Counted from the stretch's first letter, positions 39,757 to 48,739 are shown. The stretch: DNA of 64,000 nt from an uncultured delta proteobacterium (GCA_963796055.1 CAWCKH010000004.1:1536001-1600000), one strand, 5' to 3'. The notes: generated by a model not told the origin, from the sequence alone. Translations and numbers: made by a program.

Positions 39757-40944
39757 GTGCGCCTTGGTCATCGCCTGCTCAGCGTCGTCTGCGCCCTCGC
39801 GCTGCTCGGCTGCGAACGGAAGCAGGCCCCCGGCCCGGCGAGCGAGGCCAGGCCGGGGTCCACCGCCGCGCAGCCCTCCACCGGTCCGCTGCTGATCGGC
39901 ATAGTCGGCGCGCTCACCGGGCCCGAGGCCCACTTCGGGCTCGAGACCCAGAACGGGGTCCAGCTCGCGGTGGAGGAGGCCAACGCCGCGGGCGGCGTCC
40001 AAGGGCGGATGCTGGCGCTCCGCTCGTACGACTCGCAGTCCCGCCCCGAGGAGGCGGCGAACGCCATGACCCGCCTGGTCAGCCAGGACCGGGCGCTCTT
40101 CGTGGTGGGCGAGAACCAGAGCAGCAACAGCCTGGCCATGGCCCCGGCGGCGGCGAAGGGCGAGGTCCCGATGATCGCCCCGTCGTCCACCAATCCGCGC
40201 GTCACCTCCGAGGGGGGGCCGTACGTCTTCCGGGTGTGCTTCACCGACACCTTCCAGGGGCAGCTCCTCGCCCGGTTCGCCCGCGAGACGCTGAAGGCCG
40301 AGCGGGTGGCGATGCTGGTGGACCAGAAGAGCGATTACGCGGTGGGCCTGGCCAGGGTCTTCGCCACCCGGTACGGCGCGCTCGGAGGAAAGATCGTCTC
40401 CGAGGAGGCGTACGCCCGGGGCGACACCGATTTCCGCAGTCAGCTGACCCGGGTGAAGGCCGCACGGCCCGAGGTGCTGTTCATTCCCGGCTACTACAGC
40501 GACGTCGGGCCGATGGCGCGGCAGGCGCGCGAGCTCGGGATGCGCGCGACCTTGCTCGGCGGGGACGGGTGGGACTCCGGCGAACGGCTCGGGCAGCTCG
40601 GTGGCGCCGCGGTGGAGGGCGCGCTCTACTCGACGCACTTCGCCCCGGACAACCCCGGCGGCCGGGTGCAGGACTTTCTCGCCCGCTACAAGGCCCGTTT
40701 CGGGCACCTGCCGGACGCGCTCGGGGCACTGGGCTACGACGCGGCCCGGGTGGGCATCGACGCGCTCCGCCGCTCGAACGGCGTGGGCGGCCCGGCGCTC
40801 CGGGAGCAGATTGCCCGCACCCGCGAGTTCGACGGGGTCACCGGGCGAATCACGCTCGGGCCGGACCGCGACGCGGTGAAGCCAGCGGTGATCGTCAAGC
40901 TGGTCAAGGGGGAGCCCACCTTCGCCGCCGAGGTCTCGCCCTAG
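39757..40944 (+). CDS. Branched-chain amino acid (Liv-type) ABC substrate-binding lipoprotein
   Basis: Lipobox LLGC, IG..LTG..G...N..GG..G, FRVCFTD..QG and GGDGWDS; no cognate permease or ATPase in the window. Confidence 0.88.
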   Translation: MRLGHRLLSVVCALALLGCERKQAPGPASEARPGSTAAQPSTGPLLIGIVGALTGPEAHFGLETQNGVQLAVEEANAAGGVQGRMLALRSYDSQSRPEEAANAMTRLVSQDRALFVVGENQSSNSLAMAPAAAKGEVPMIAPSSTNPRVTSEGGPYVFRVCFTDTFQGQLLARFARETLKAERVAMLVDQKSDYAVGLARVFATRYGALGGKIVSEEAYARGDTDFRSQLTRVKAARPEVLFIPGYYSDVGPMARQARELGMRATLLGGDGWDSGERLGQLGGAAVEGALYSTHFAPDNPGGRVQDFLARYKARFGHLPDALGALGYDAARVGIDALRRSNGVGGPALREQIARTREFDGVTGRITLGPDRDAVKPAVIVKLVKGEPTFAAEVSP

Positions 40945-41005
40945 ACCCACTCCCGACCCGCCGCTTGACCTGGGCGCGCCCCCCTGACAGACGGGGGGGC
41001 TGCCC

Positions 41006-41608
41006 ATGACGGACACCACCGTCCAGGACGACGATCGCACCCTCCTGACCCGCGCACAGGCCGGGGACATGTCTGCCTTCGAGGAGCTGGTGGGCCGGCA
41101 CGAGGAAAAGGTCTACGGCCTGGCAGTGCGCATGACCCGGAGCGAGGCCGACGCGGCAGAGATCACCCAGGACACCTTCCTCTCCGCCTACCAGCACCTG
41201 GGCGAGTTCCGCGGCGAGGCGGCGTTCGGAAGCTGGGTGCACCGGATCGCCGCCAACAACGCGCTGATGCGCCTGCGCCGCCAGAAGGTACTGGACGTCG
41301 TCAGCGACGAGCTCGCCGGCCCCGAGTTCACCGACCGCGGAAGCCTGGCCGAGGTCCCGGAGTCGGACTGGAGCAAGCGCGCGGACGACAAGATCCTCGA
41401 CGACGAGCTGGGGCGGGCCATCCAGGAGGCCACCGACGCCCTCCCGGAGGGGTACCGAGAGGTGTTCCTGCTCAAGGACGTGGAGGGGCTCTCCTACGAG
41501 GAGATCTCCGAGATGGTGGGCATTTCCGTACCCGCGGTGAAGAGTCGACTCCACAGGGCCCGGCTGGCTCTCCGGGAGGCGATCGACGTCTTCTACAAAG
41601 AAGTGTGA
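41006..41608 (+). CDS. ECF RNA polymerase sigma factor
   Basis: DAAEITQDTF, FGSWVHRIAAN and LPEGYREVFLL...LSYEEI...VKSRLHRAR. Confidence 0.95.
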   Translation: MTDTTVQDDDRTLLTRAQAGDMSAFEELVGRHEEKVYGLAVRMTRSEADAAEITQDTFLSAYQHLGEFRGEAAFGSWVHRIAANNALMRLRRQKVLDVVSDELAGPEFTDRGSLAEVPESDWSKRADDKILDDELGRAIQEATDALPEGYREVFLLKDVEGLSYEEISEMVGISVPAVKSRLHRARLALREAIDVFYKEV

Positions 41609-41631
41609 AACCGGGGGCGGTCCCGAGCATC
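41606..41631 (+). promoter_or_regulatory. Putative ECF-sigma promoter upstream of the anti-sigma gene
   Basis: TGAAAC-N16-CATC, with the -35 overlapping the sigma stop codon. Confidence 0.55.
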
Positions 41632-41656
41632 ATTGAGGCTGACGCCAAAGTCACAC

Positions 41657-41893
41657 ATGTTCAACTGCAAGGACTCCATCGACTCGCTCCTCCCGTTCCT
41701 CGAGGGCGAGATGTCGCCCGAGGACGAGGAGCACCTCCGGGCCCACCTCAACGGCTGCCCGCCCTGCGTGGAGTTCGTACGCAGCTACCGCGCCACCTCC
41801 GGGCTGTGCCGCAAGGCGCTGGTGAAGTCGATGCCGCCCGAGGTCGCCTCCCGGCTGAGAGACTTCCTCCGCAGCAAGCGCGAGACGAAGTGA
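41657..41893 (+). CDS. Zinc-finger (zf-HC2/ZAS) anti-sigma factor, soluble
   Basis: MFNCKD...FLEGE...HLNGCPPC (HxxxCxxC); no TM. Confidence 0.88.
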   Translation: MFNCKDSIDSLLPFLEGEMSPEDEEHLRAHLNGCPPCVEFVRSYRATSGLCRKALVKSMPPEVASRLRDFLRSKRETK

Positions 41894-41904
41894 ATCTTCG
41901 CGGG

Positions 41905-42969
41905 ATGGAGCTCGCGGACCTGTTCCGCGCGCTCGCACCGCTGGAGCCATCGCCGCTCGCGGTGCGGAAGCTCTTCGCCCGGGTGCATGCCCACGGCGCC
42001 GAGAGGCTGGAAGACCTGCGTGCAACGCCGCAGGTCAACCGCGCCCTTCGCGACGCGGTGCTCGCCCGCGCCCAGCTGCCGTCCCTCACCGTGGTGGAGC
42101 GGCGCCGCGCCGGGGATGGCTTCGTCAAGTACCTCTTCGAGTCTCCGCTCGGCGGCCGGGTGGAGGCGGTCCGCATCCCGCTCTTCGACACCAAGTACGT
42201 GGTCTGCGTCTCGAGTCAGGTGGGATGCGCGCTGGCCTGTGACTTCTGCGCCACCGGACGGATGGGCTTCCGGAGAAATCTGTCGACCTGGGAGATCCTC
42301 GACCAGGTCCGGCTGATCCGCGCCGAGGCCGACCGGCGCCTGTCGGGGGTGGTCTTCATGGGGATGGGCGAGCCGCTGCTCAACCCCAACGAGGTGCTCC
42401 GGGCGGCCCGCATCCTCTCCCACCCCGCCGGGTACGCCATCTCGGGCAAGGCCATCACCCTGTCCACCGCCGGCTGGGTCCCGGCCATCGACCGCTACCT
42501 GCGCGAGGGGCACCCTTACCGGCTGGCGTTCAGCGTGACCTCGGCCATTCCCGAGAAGCGGGCCCGCCTCATGCCCGTGGAGCGAACACATGCCCTGTCC
42601 GAGCTGGTCCGCGCCATCGCCGACTACGCGCGTGCGCGGCGCGAGCGGGCCATGGTGGCCTACGTGTGCATCCGGGGCGTCAACATGGGCCGGGAGGACG
42701 CCGAGGCGCTGCGAGACGCCTTCGCCGGGGTGCCGATCAAGCTCGACCTGATCGAGGTCACCGACCCGACCGGGCGCTATCAGCCGCCGGACGAGGCGGA
42801 GCTGGCGGACTTCCGGGACCAGCTGCAAATCCTCGGGGCCCCGGTCGTCCGCCGGTACTCCGGTGGGAAAGAGATCGGCGCCGCCTGCGGGACGCTCGAG
42901 GCCTCCTCGTACGGGGGGACGCTGATTCCCCCGCCGGCTCGCTTCCCCCAGGTCAGTCATCCCGGGTAG
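41905..42969 (+). CDS. RlmN/Cfr-like class A radical SAM methyltransferase (divergent paralogue)
   Basis: CVSSQVGCALACDFC, MGMGEPL and AACGTL; several canonical RlmN motifs are altered. Confidence 0.88.
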   Translation: MELADLFRALAPLEPSPLAVRKLFARVHAHGAERLEDLRATPQVNRALRDAVLARAQLPSLTVVERRRAGDGFVKYLFESPLGGRVEAVRIPLFDTKYVVCVSSQVGCALACDFCATGRMGFRRNLSTWEILDQVRLIRAEADRRLSGVVFMGMGEPLLNPNEVLRAARILSHPAGYAISGKAITLSTAGWVPAIDRYLREGHPYRLAFSVTSAIPEKRARLMPVERTHALSELVRAIADYARARRERAMVAYVCIRGVNMGREDAEALRDAFAGVPIKLDLIEVTDPTGRYQPPDEAELADFRDQLQILGAPVVRRYSGGKEIGAACGTLEASSYGGTLIPPPARFPQVSHPG

Positions 42970-43099
42970 AAAGCGACCCCGTGACCGGGGACGACACCGG
43001 GCCTGATCTTCTACACTTCCAACTTCCCAGGACGGATGGCAGAGTCCCCCGACCAATATAGCCATTCTTCGCCGGTCCTAGCCGACCCAGGGGCCATCG

Positions 43100-44392
43100 A
43101 TGTCGCAGCAGCGCAAGGCCACGCGTGCCGCGCCGCCATCAGAAAATTCCCATCCCAGTCCAGATCAGCGGACTCCGCGCCCTTCCTCTCGTCCGCTCCC
43201 CGAACGCACCGCTCCGGCCATCACCCGGGAAGCCCCGTGGTTCGCGTTCAACGCCTCCACCGCCCCGCTGAATCCGGACGGTCCGCCGTTCGGTCCCAAC
43301 CGCTTTCTGCTCGGCGCCAACGTGCCCTGGGTGCACTACGGGGTCGACGTCGGGGCGTCGGCGTGGCGGCCGGAGGGCGGGCTGCACGCGCACGCCGAGG
43401 ACGCGGCGCTGCTCCGGCAGGTCTTCGAGCGGCTCCGCGCGGACGGCGTGCAGACCGCGCGCTTCTTCCTCCTCGCCGACGGGCGCGCCGGCGTGCGCTT
43501 CGCCGAGGACGGCACACCCGAGGCGCTCGACGGCTCCGTCCTCGCCGACATCGACGTGGTGCTCGACGCGGCCCGGACCGCGGGCATCGGGCTGGTGCTG
43601 GTGCTGCTGGACGCAGGCTGGTTCGCCCCGCCGAGCGTGGTCGACGGTCAGCCGGTGCGTGGCCACGCCGACACCGTCCGTGACCCGGTGAAGCGCAGCG
43701 CGCTGCTCGAGCGGGTGCTGCGCCCCATCCTGATCCGCTACGCCGATCATCCAGCCGTCGTGGCCTGGGAGCTCCTGAGCAGCGCCGACCTCTTCGTCGC
43801 CGGCGTCGGTCCGACCGCGCCCGAGCGGCGCGGGCTGGGGGCCGCCCTCCGCTGGTGGCTGGGGCTCGACGCCGCTCCGGTGGAGGCCACCTCCCAGGTC
43901 GCCTCCGAGGAGATGCGGACCTTCCTCTGCGAGGCGGTGACCCTGGTGCGCCGGCACACCCGGGCGCTGGCCACGGTGAGCGTCTCGCGCTGGAGCAGCC
44001 TGCCGCTGGTGCGGGGGGTGGGGCTCGACGTGTACAGCGTGGGCTGGCCCGCGGACGGGGACGAGCTGCGGCGGGCGGTGTCCGACCTGCGCCTCGACCG
44101 GCCGCTGCTCCTGAATTCCTTCCCCGGCAGCCACCCGCAGCGGAGCATCAAGACGATGCTCGACACGGCGCGCTGCGCCGGTTACGGCGGCGCGTTCGTC
44201 TGGTCGGTGCTCCGGCACGACGCTGCCTCGGGCTACGACGGCCAGGTGCCGCAGTGGGCGCGGAACCACGCCGGCCAGCTGTACGTGCGCGACGTGCCCG
44301 GTCCCGCCCAGGTTCCGGACGCTCCTTCCCGGCCAGGCGAGCAGACCGCGGAGGACGCCCCGGCGGCCCCGCCGCTCGTGCTCCGTCGCTGA
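43100..44392 (+). CDS. Glycoside hydrolase clan A (GH5-like) TIM-barrel protein, catalytic glutamates apparently absent
   Basis: FLLGANVPWVHYG.D.G, RFFLLADGR and RYADHPAVVAWE are GH5/mannanase-like; the NEP site reads SSA and the GEF site reads NSF. Confidence 0.7.
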   Translation: MSQQRKATRAAPPSENSHPSPDQRTPRPSSRPLPERTAPAITREAPWFAFNASTAPLNPDGPPFGPNRFLLGANVPWVHYGVDVGASAWRPEGGLHAHAEDAALLRQVFERLRADGVQTARFFLLADGRAGVRFAEDGTPEALDGSVLADIDVVLDAARTAGIGLVLVLLDAGWFAPPSVVDGQPVRGHADTVRDPVKRSALLERVLRPILIRYADHPAVVAWELLSSADLFVAGVGPTAPERRGLGAALRWWLGLDAAPVEATSQVASEEMRTFLCEAVTLVRRHTRALATVSVSRWSSLPLVRGVGLDVYSVGWPADGDELRRAVSDLRLDRPLLLNSFPGSHPQRSIKTMLDTARCAGYGGAFVWSVLRHDAASGYDGQVPQWARNHAGQLYVRDVPGPAQVPDAPSRPGEQTAEDAPAAPPLVLRR

Positions 44393-44473
44393 GCACGGAC
44401 GTGCGGCGCTCCTGCGCCGCTCCGCAGGCGTCCCCCTGGTGCGGAGGGCTGAGCCTGGACGTGCGGCGCCCCT
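44388..44473. repeat. 26-bp imperfect direct repeat flanking a hairpin between convergent genes
   Basis: GCTGAGC(AC/CT)GGACGTGCGGCGC(T/C)CCT at 44388 and 44448; internal CTCCGCA...TGCGGAG stem. Confidence 0.7.
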
Positions 44474-47400
44474 AGGACTCGGCGCTGTCCAGCCACAGCT
44501 CGTCGAAGCGGACCTGGGGCGGCGTGGAGTGCAGCCGTAGCCCCTGCACCCGCGGGCTCGCCGCGGCGTAGATGCGCTCGTGGTACAGGGGGATCACCGG
44601 GCACTCCTGCATCACGATGCGCTCCGCCGAGCGGTAGAGCGACATCCGCAGCTCGGGATCGATGCTCACCCGCGCCTCGGTGGTCAGCCGGTCCAGCTCG
44701 GCGCTCCGGAAGCCCAGGCCGAACACCGTCTGCGCCCCCGAGTGCAGCAGGAAGTGGAGGAAGTTGTCGGCGTCCGGGTAGTCGGCGATCCACCCGGCAC
44801 GAAACGCCGGCAACCGCCCGTCGCGCGCCCGCTGCCAGAAGTCGGTGGGGTCGATCTCGATGTGCGAGATCTCGACCAGCCCCGCCTCGATCAGCGGCCG
44901 GAACAGCACCGCGTCCTCGGCCTCGGTGTTGCGGCCCGGCGGGTAGGCCAGTTCGAGGCGGAGCCGTCCGATGCCCGAGTCGCGCAGCAGCTCTCTGGCC
45001 AGCGCCACGTTGGTCCGCGGCGGGGGCGGGAGCTCGCCGGTGAGCAGCGCGGGAGGGGTGAGGGTGGAGGCCACCCGCGCGCCCGGGTGGAACCGCTCCA
45101 CCATCCCCGCCACGTCGAGGCCAGCGCGGACGCCGAGCCGCACCCGCACGTCGTCGAACGGCGCGGTGTGCACCTGGAAGCCCATGAACCAGCATGAGGG
45201 CTGGCTCCCGGCGATGACCTGCTGGGGATCCACCCCCGCATCCCGCACGTGCTCGGCGTACAGCCCCGAGACCACGTCCAGCTCGCCGGCGCGCAGCCGC
45301 TCCAGCGCGGTCTTGCGGTCCGGATGGAACACGAACTCCAGCCGGTCCACGAACGGCCGCTCCGGCCGGAAGTACGACGGGTGCCGCTCGAGCACCACCC
45401 CGCCGGCGGCGATGGTCACCGGCCGGTAGGGTCCCGCACCGAGGAACTTTCCCCCCGGGCTCATCCGGGTCACCAGGGTCGCCGGCAAGGTGACCAGGTG
45501 CAGGAAGAACGCCTTGGGCTCCTCGAGGCGGATCTCCAGGGTGGTGTCGTCGAGCACCTCGAATCCCGAGACCTCGCCGCTCCGGCCGGAGAGGTAGTCG
45601 CGGGCGCCCTCCACCTCCTTGAAGATCCACTGGTCGGGCGAATCTACCTTCGGGTCGAGCAGCCGCTCGAAGTGGCGCTTGACGTCCGAGGCCCGGAGCG
45701 GAACGCCGTCGTGGAAGGTCAGCCCAGGCCGGAGGAAGAACCGGTAGCTGCGCGCGCCCGGGGCAGCCTCCCAGCGCTCGGCCAGCTCGGGGACCATCAC
45801 CCCGTCCTCCTGGCGCAGGAGCCCCGCGTACATGCTCGCGCCAATCTCCACCATCTGGTTGTCCAGGGTGAAGAGCGGATCCAGTCCCCGCGTCGACTCG
45901 AACATCGCCGACTGGTGGATGCCCACCCGGAGCGTGCCGCCGCGGCGCGGCTCGGGGAGCCGGAAGCGGAAGACCTCGGCCTGGAGGCTGGCCGCCTCGC
46001 GCGACAGCTGCTCCACGCTGCGGCTCAGCCCGTCGCCGATCCGGAGAACGGTCTGGGCGTCGGCGCGGACCTGGGCCACGTCCTCGGAGATGGCGGCGTC
46101 GCCGCGGGTCAGGACCGCGTGCGCGGAGCGGATCTCCTCCAGCGCATCGGTCAGCCGCCGCACCGCATCGCTCAGCGCCCGGCCGGTCCGCGCCTGGCCC
46201 TCGGCCTTGGCCGAGGCGCCCTGCGCCAGCCGGGCCATCTCCTGGGTCTGACGGACCAGCTCCCGGCCGGCCTCGGCCTGCTCCACCGAGGCGCGGGTGA
46301 GCTCGACGATGCGGTTGGCCACCCGGGTGGAGGCCTGCACCACGTGCGAGCCCTGGGCCTCCAGGCGCACCGTCTCGGCCACGGTGGCCTCGACCGCGGC
46401 GAACGTCCGCTGGGTGGTGGCGCGGATCTCCTTGAGCGCCGAGGCCGCCCGGTCGCCGAGGGCCACGCCGGCGGTGGCGCGCTCCCGCCCCTCCTGCACG
46501 TGGGTGACGGCCGCGTCCACCTGGCCGCGGGTCTGCCGGACGATGGCGGCGATCTCCCGGGTGCTGCGCGCGGTGCGCTCGGCGAGCGAGCGGATCTCCT
46601 CCGCCACCACCCCGAAGGCCAGCCCCTGCTCGCCGGCCTGGGCGGCGATGATCGCCGCATTGAGCGACAGGAGGTTGGTCTGGTCGGCGACCTCCTGGAT
46701 GACGTCGACGATGCGGCCGATCTCCTGGCTGCGGTGGCCCAGCGCCTCGACGATCTCCGCCGCGCGGCGGATCGACTCCTCCACCCGGTACATGCCCTGC
46801 ACCGAGTCGTTCACCAGCGCCTCGCCCCGCTCGGCGGTGGTGGTCACCACCCGGGCGAGGTCACCGGTCTCGCCGGCGCGCCGGCGCACGGCGTCGATCC
46901 CCTCCTCCACCGAGGTGACGAAGGCCGCAGCCTCGCCGGCGAAGCGGGCCAGCACGTCGCCGCTGCTGGCCACCGCCGAGAGCCCCTCGCTCATGATCTG
47001 CACCCGCTCGGTGGTGCGGAGCGCGAAGCCGTCCAGCGTCCCGAGCGCCGAGGCCACCTGCTCGATGCGCGCGGTCATCTCCCCCAGCGCGGCGGTGGTC
47101 TCCTCGGCGAAGGCGGCCACCTGGGTCAGCCGCTCGCCCGCGACCTGGAGTGAGCTGCCCATCCCCCGCACCGAGCCCAGCGAACGGTCCACCGCCGCGC
47201 CCTGGCGGCGCGCCGCCTCGAGCAACGCCTGCGACTGCTCGCCCACGCCCTTGCCGGTGCGCTGGATGTTCCCCGTCACCCGCTGCACCTGGAAGAGCGC
47301 GCGCCGCAGGGAAAGGATCAGCCGCCGCACGTCCTCCTGGCTCTCGCCGGCAGACACCTGGGTGGCGAGGTTCCCGCTGGCCAGCTGGGCGATGATCCGC

Positions 47401-47609
47401 GCCCGGGCCTGCTGCCGCGAACGCGCCCAGCGGAGCCAGGTGAGCCAGCCGCCGACGGTGAAGCCGATGACGTTGATCGCCACCACCACCGGGTAGAGCA
47501 CCAGCCGGAGGTGGCCGGGGTCGAGCGCGTCCAGCAGCGCCGCGGTGAGCAGTCCGGAGGCGATCCCGCCCAGCAGCCCGAAGACGAAGAGAAAGCGCTT
47601 GCCGCCCAT
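44472..47609 (-). CDS. Methyl-accepting chemotaxis protein fused to a C-terminal family-5 (oligopeptide/nickel-type) solute-binding domain
   Basis: Two N-terminal TMs, HAMP-like segment, MCP tip QTNLLSLNAAIIAAQAGE..FGVVAEEIRSLAERT, then GGTLRVG...PELAERWE...LRPGLTFHDG...GAGPY...PFDDVRVR...GWIADYPD. About 1045 aa. Confidence 0.9.
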   Translation of the reverse strand: MGGKRFLFVFGLLGGIASGLLTAALLDALDPGHLRLVLYPVVVAINVIGFTVGGWLTWLRWARSRQQARARIIAQLASGNLATQVSAGESQEDVRRLILSLRRALFQVQRVTGNIQRTGKGVGEQSQALLEAARRQGAAVDRSLGSVRGMGSSLQVAGERLTQVAAFAEETTAALGEMTARIEQVASALGTLDGFALRTTERVQIMSEGLSAVASSGDVLARFAGEAAAFVTSVEEGIDAVRRRAGETGDLARVVTTTAERGEALVNDSVQGMYRVEESIRRAAEIVEALGHRSQEIGRIVDVIQEVADQTNLLSLNAAIIAAQAGEQGLAFGVVAEEIRSLAERTARSTREIAAIVRQTRGQVDAAVTHVQEGRERATAGVALGDRAASALKEIRATTQRTFAAVEATVAETVRLEAQGSHVVQASTRVANRIVELTRASVEQAEAGRELVRQTQEMARLAQGASAKAEGQARTGRALSDAVRRLTDALEEIRSAHAVLTRGDAAISEDVAQVRADAQTVLRIGDGLSRSVEQLSREAASLQAEVFRFRLPEPRRGGTLRVGIHQSAMFESTRGLDPLFTLDNQMVEIGASMYAGLLRQEDGVMVPELAERWEAAPGARSYRFFLRPGLTFHDGVPLRASDVKRHFERLLDPKVDSPDQWIFKEVEGARDYLSGRSGEVSGFEVLDDTTLEIRLEEPKAFFLHLVTLPATLVTRMSPGGKFLGAGPYRPVTIAAGGVVLERHPSYFRPERPFVDRLEFVFHPDRKTALERLRAGELDVVSGLYAEHVRDAGVDPQQVIAGSQPSCWFMGFQVHTAPFDDVRVRLGVRAGLDVAGMVERFHPGARVASTLTPPALLTGELPPPPRTNVALARELLRDSGIGRLRLELAYPPGRNTEAEDAVLFRPLIEAGLVEISHIEIDPTDFWQRARDGRLPAFRAGWIADYPDADNFLHFLLHSGAQTVFGLGFRSAELDRLTTEARVSIDPELRMSLYRSAERIVMQECPVIPLYHERIYAAASPRVQGLRLHSTPPQVRFDELWLDSAES

Positions 47610-47704
47610 CCGACTCGAGGATTGCAGCCTGGCGGCGGGCGCCTGGCTCACCCCTTCACGAGTCGATGTGGCACGCCCGAGGGGAACGTCGGTCACGGTG
47701 GCGC

Positions 47705-48739
47705 CTAGGCACCTGCGAAGGGGATGAGCGAGACCTTCACCCCGCTGGTCACCCCGAGCAGCTCCTTGGTCTCGCCCGGGAGGTAGACGACCTGGTCGTC
47801 GATCCGCACCTGGCTCCGGACCGCGCGGAAGCGGTTCCGGCCGGACTCGCGCTCCACCCCCACCAGCATGTCCTCGGCCACCTCGAGCGCCAGGTCCTCC
47901 GGAGCCACCCGCGCGGTGCGGAACTTGCGGACCAGGCTCACCTCCGAGGTCCTGGCCTCGAAGTGTGGGCCGCCGTCGAACGGGTCCACCCGCTCGACGT
48001 AGCGGAAGCCGATACGTTCCAGCATCCGCTGCACCCCTTGTGTCTGCGGGCCGACCTGGCCCAGCACCTTCTGCGCCCGCTCGGGGAAGAGGGTCACGAA
48101 GATGTCCGAGGAGGGGAACAGCTCCTTGATGAACTCCTTGTTCTGCCGGCTGAGCTTGTCTGCCTCGGAGTAGGTGAGCCCGGTGAACTTCTTGCCCACG
48201 CACTCCCAGAGCAAGCTCCGGCCGTCGGGCATCAGCGGCGGCATCAGCTCGGCCAGCACGCGGTCGCGGAAGCTGTGCCGGTGCATCGCGAGATACAGGA
48301 AGCGCACGTAGCTGAGCTGCTTGCCCGGCTTCTCCGGGCCGCCTTGGTGCCCGGGCTCCACCACCAGGCCGCCGATCTCGGTGGGCCCCTCATAGTTGTA
48401 GGCGATGGAGAGGACCTTGTGGCGGAAGTGCCGGTCGATGCTCGCCGAGTAGTGCTCGCGCTCGCTGACCTCGTAATAGATGTGCGGCGCGTCGTAGGTC
48501 CCGTGCTGGGCGATGACCATGCTGGTGCCGATGACGGCGCCGATGCGCGGGTCCTCGAGGACAAAGAGGTACTCGCGCTCGAAGGGGTCCTTCAGCTTCC
48601 CGGCGAAGCTCCGCACCGACACGTCGATCAGCTTCTCCAGTGTCTCCTCGTCGTTGGGGAGGTTGACGGTGTTGAGCACCGCCGCCAGGCGCTTGAGGTG
48701 GGGCAGATCGCCCTTCTGGACGTCGCGAAGCAGCAGCAT
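47705..48739 (-). CDS. astA: Arginine N-succinyltransferase
   Basis: NLPNDEETL...SVRSF, YLFVLED, TEIGGL, GKQLSYVRFL, VLAEL, RMLERIGF and DPFDGGP motifs. Confidence 0.88.
   Translation of the reverse strand: MLLLRDVQKGDLPHLKRLAAVLNTVNLPNDEETLEKLIDVSVRSFAGKLKDPFEREYLFVLEDPRIGAVIGTSMVIAQHGTYDAPHIYYEVSEREHYSASIDRHFRHKVLSIAYNYEGPTEIGGLVVEPGHQGGPEKPGKQLSYVRFLYLAMHRHSFRDRVLAELMPPLMPDGRSLLWECVGKKFTGLTYSEADKLSRQNKEFIKELFPSSDIFVTLFPERAQKVLGQVGPQTQGVQRMLERIGFRYVERVDPFDGGPHFEARTSEVSLVRKFRTARVAPEDLALEVAEDMLVGVERESGRNRFRAVRSQVRIDDQVVYLPGETKELLGVTSGVKVSLIPFAGA

Noticed and set aside
44388..44473. Mini-CRISPR (26-bp repeat, 34-nt spacer)
   Set aside because: Two imperfect copies overlapping stop codons, with no leader or cas genes.
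47610..48203. N-terminal extension of the MCP fusion given in the ORF track
   Set aside because: It overlaps astA out of frame and is not protein-like; MGGKRFLFVF at 47609 gives a proper N-in TM start.
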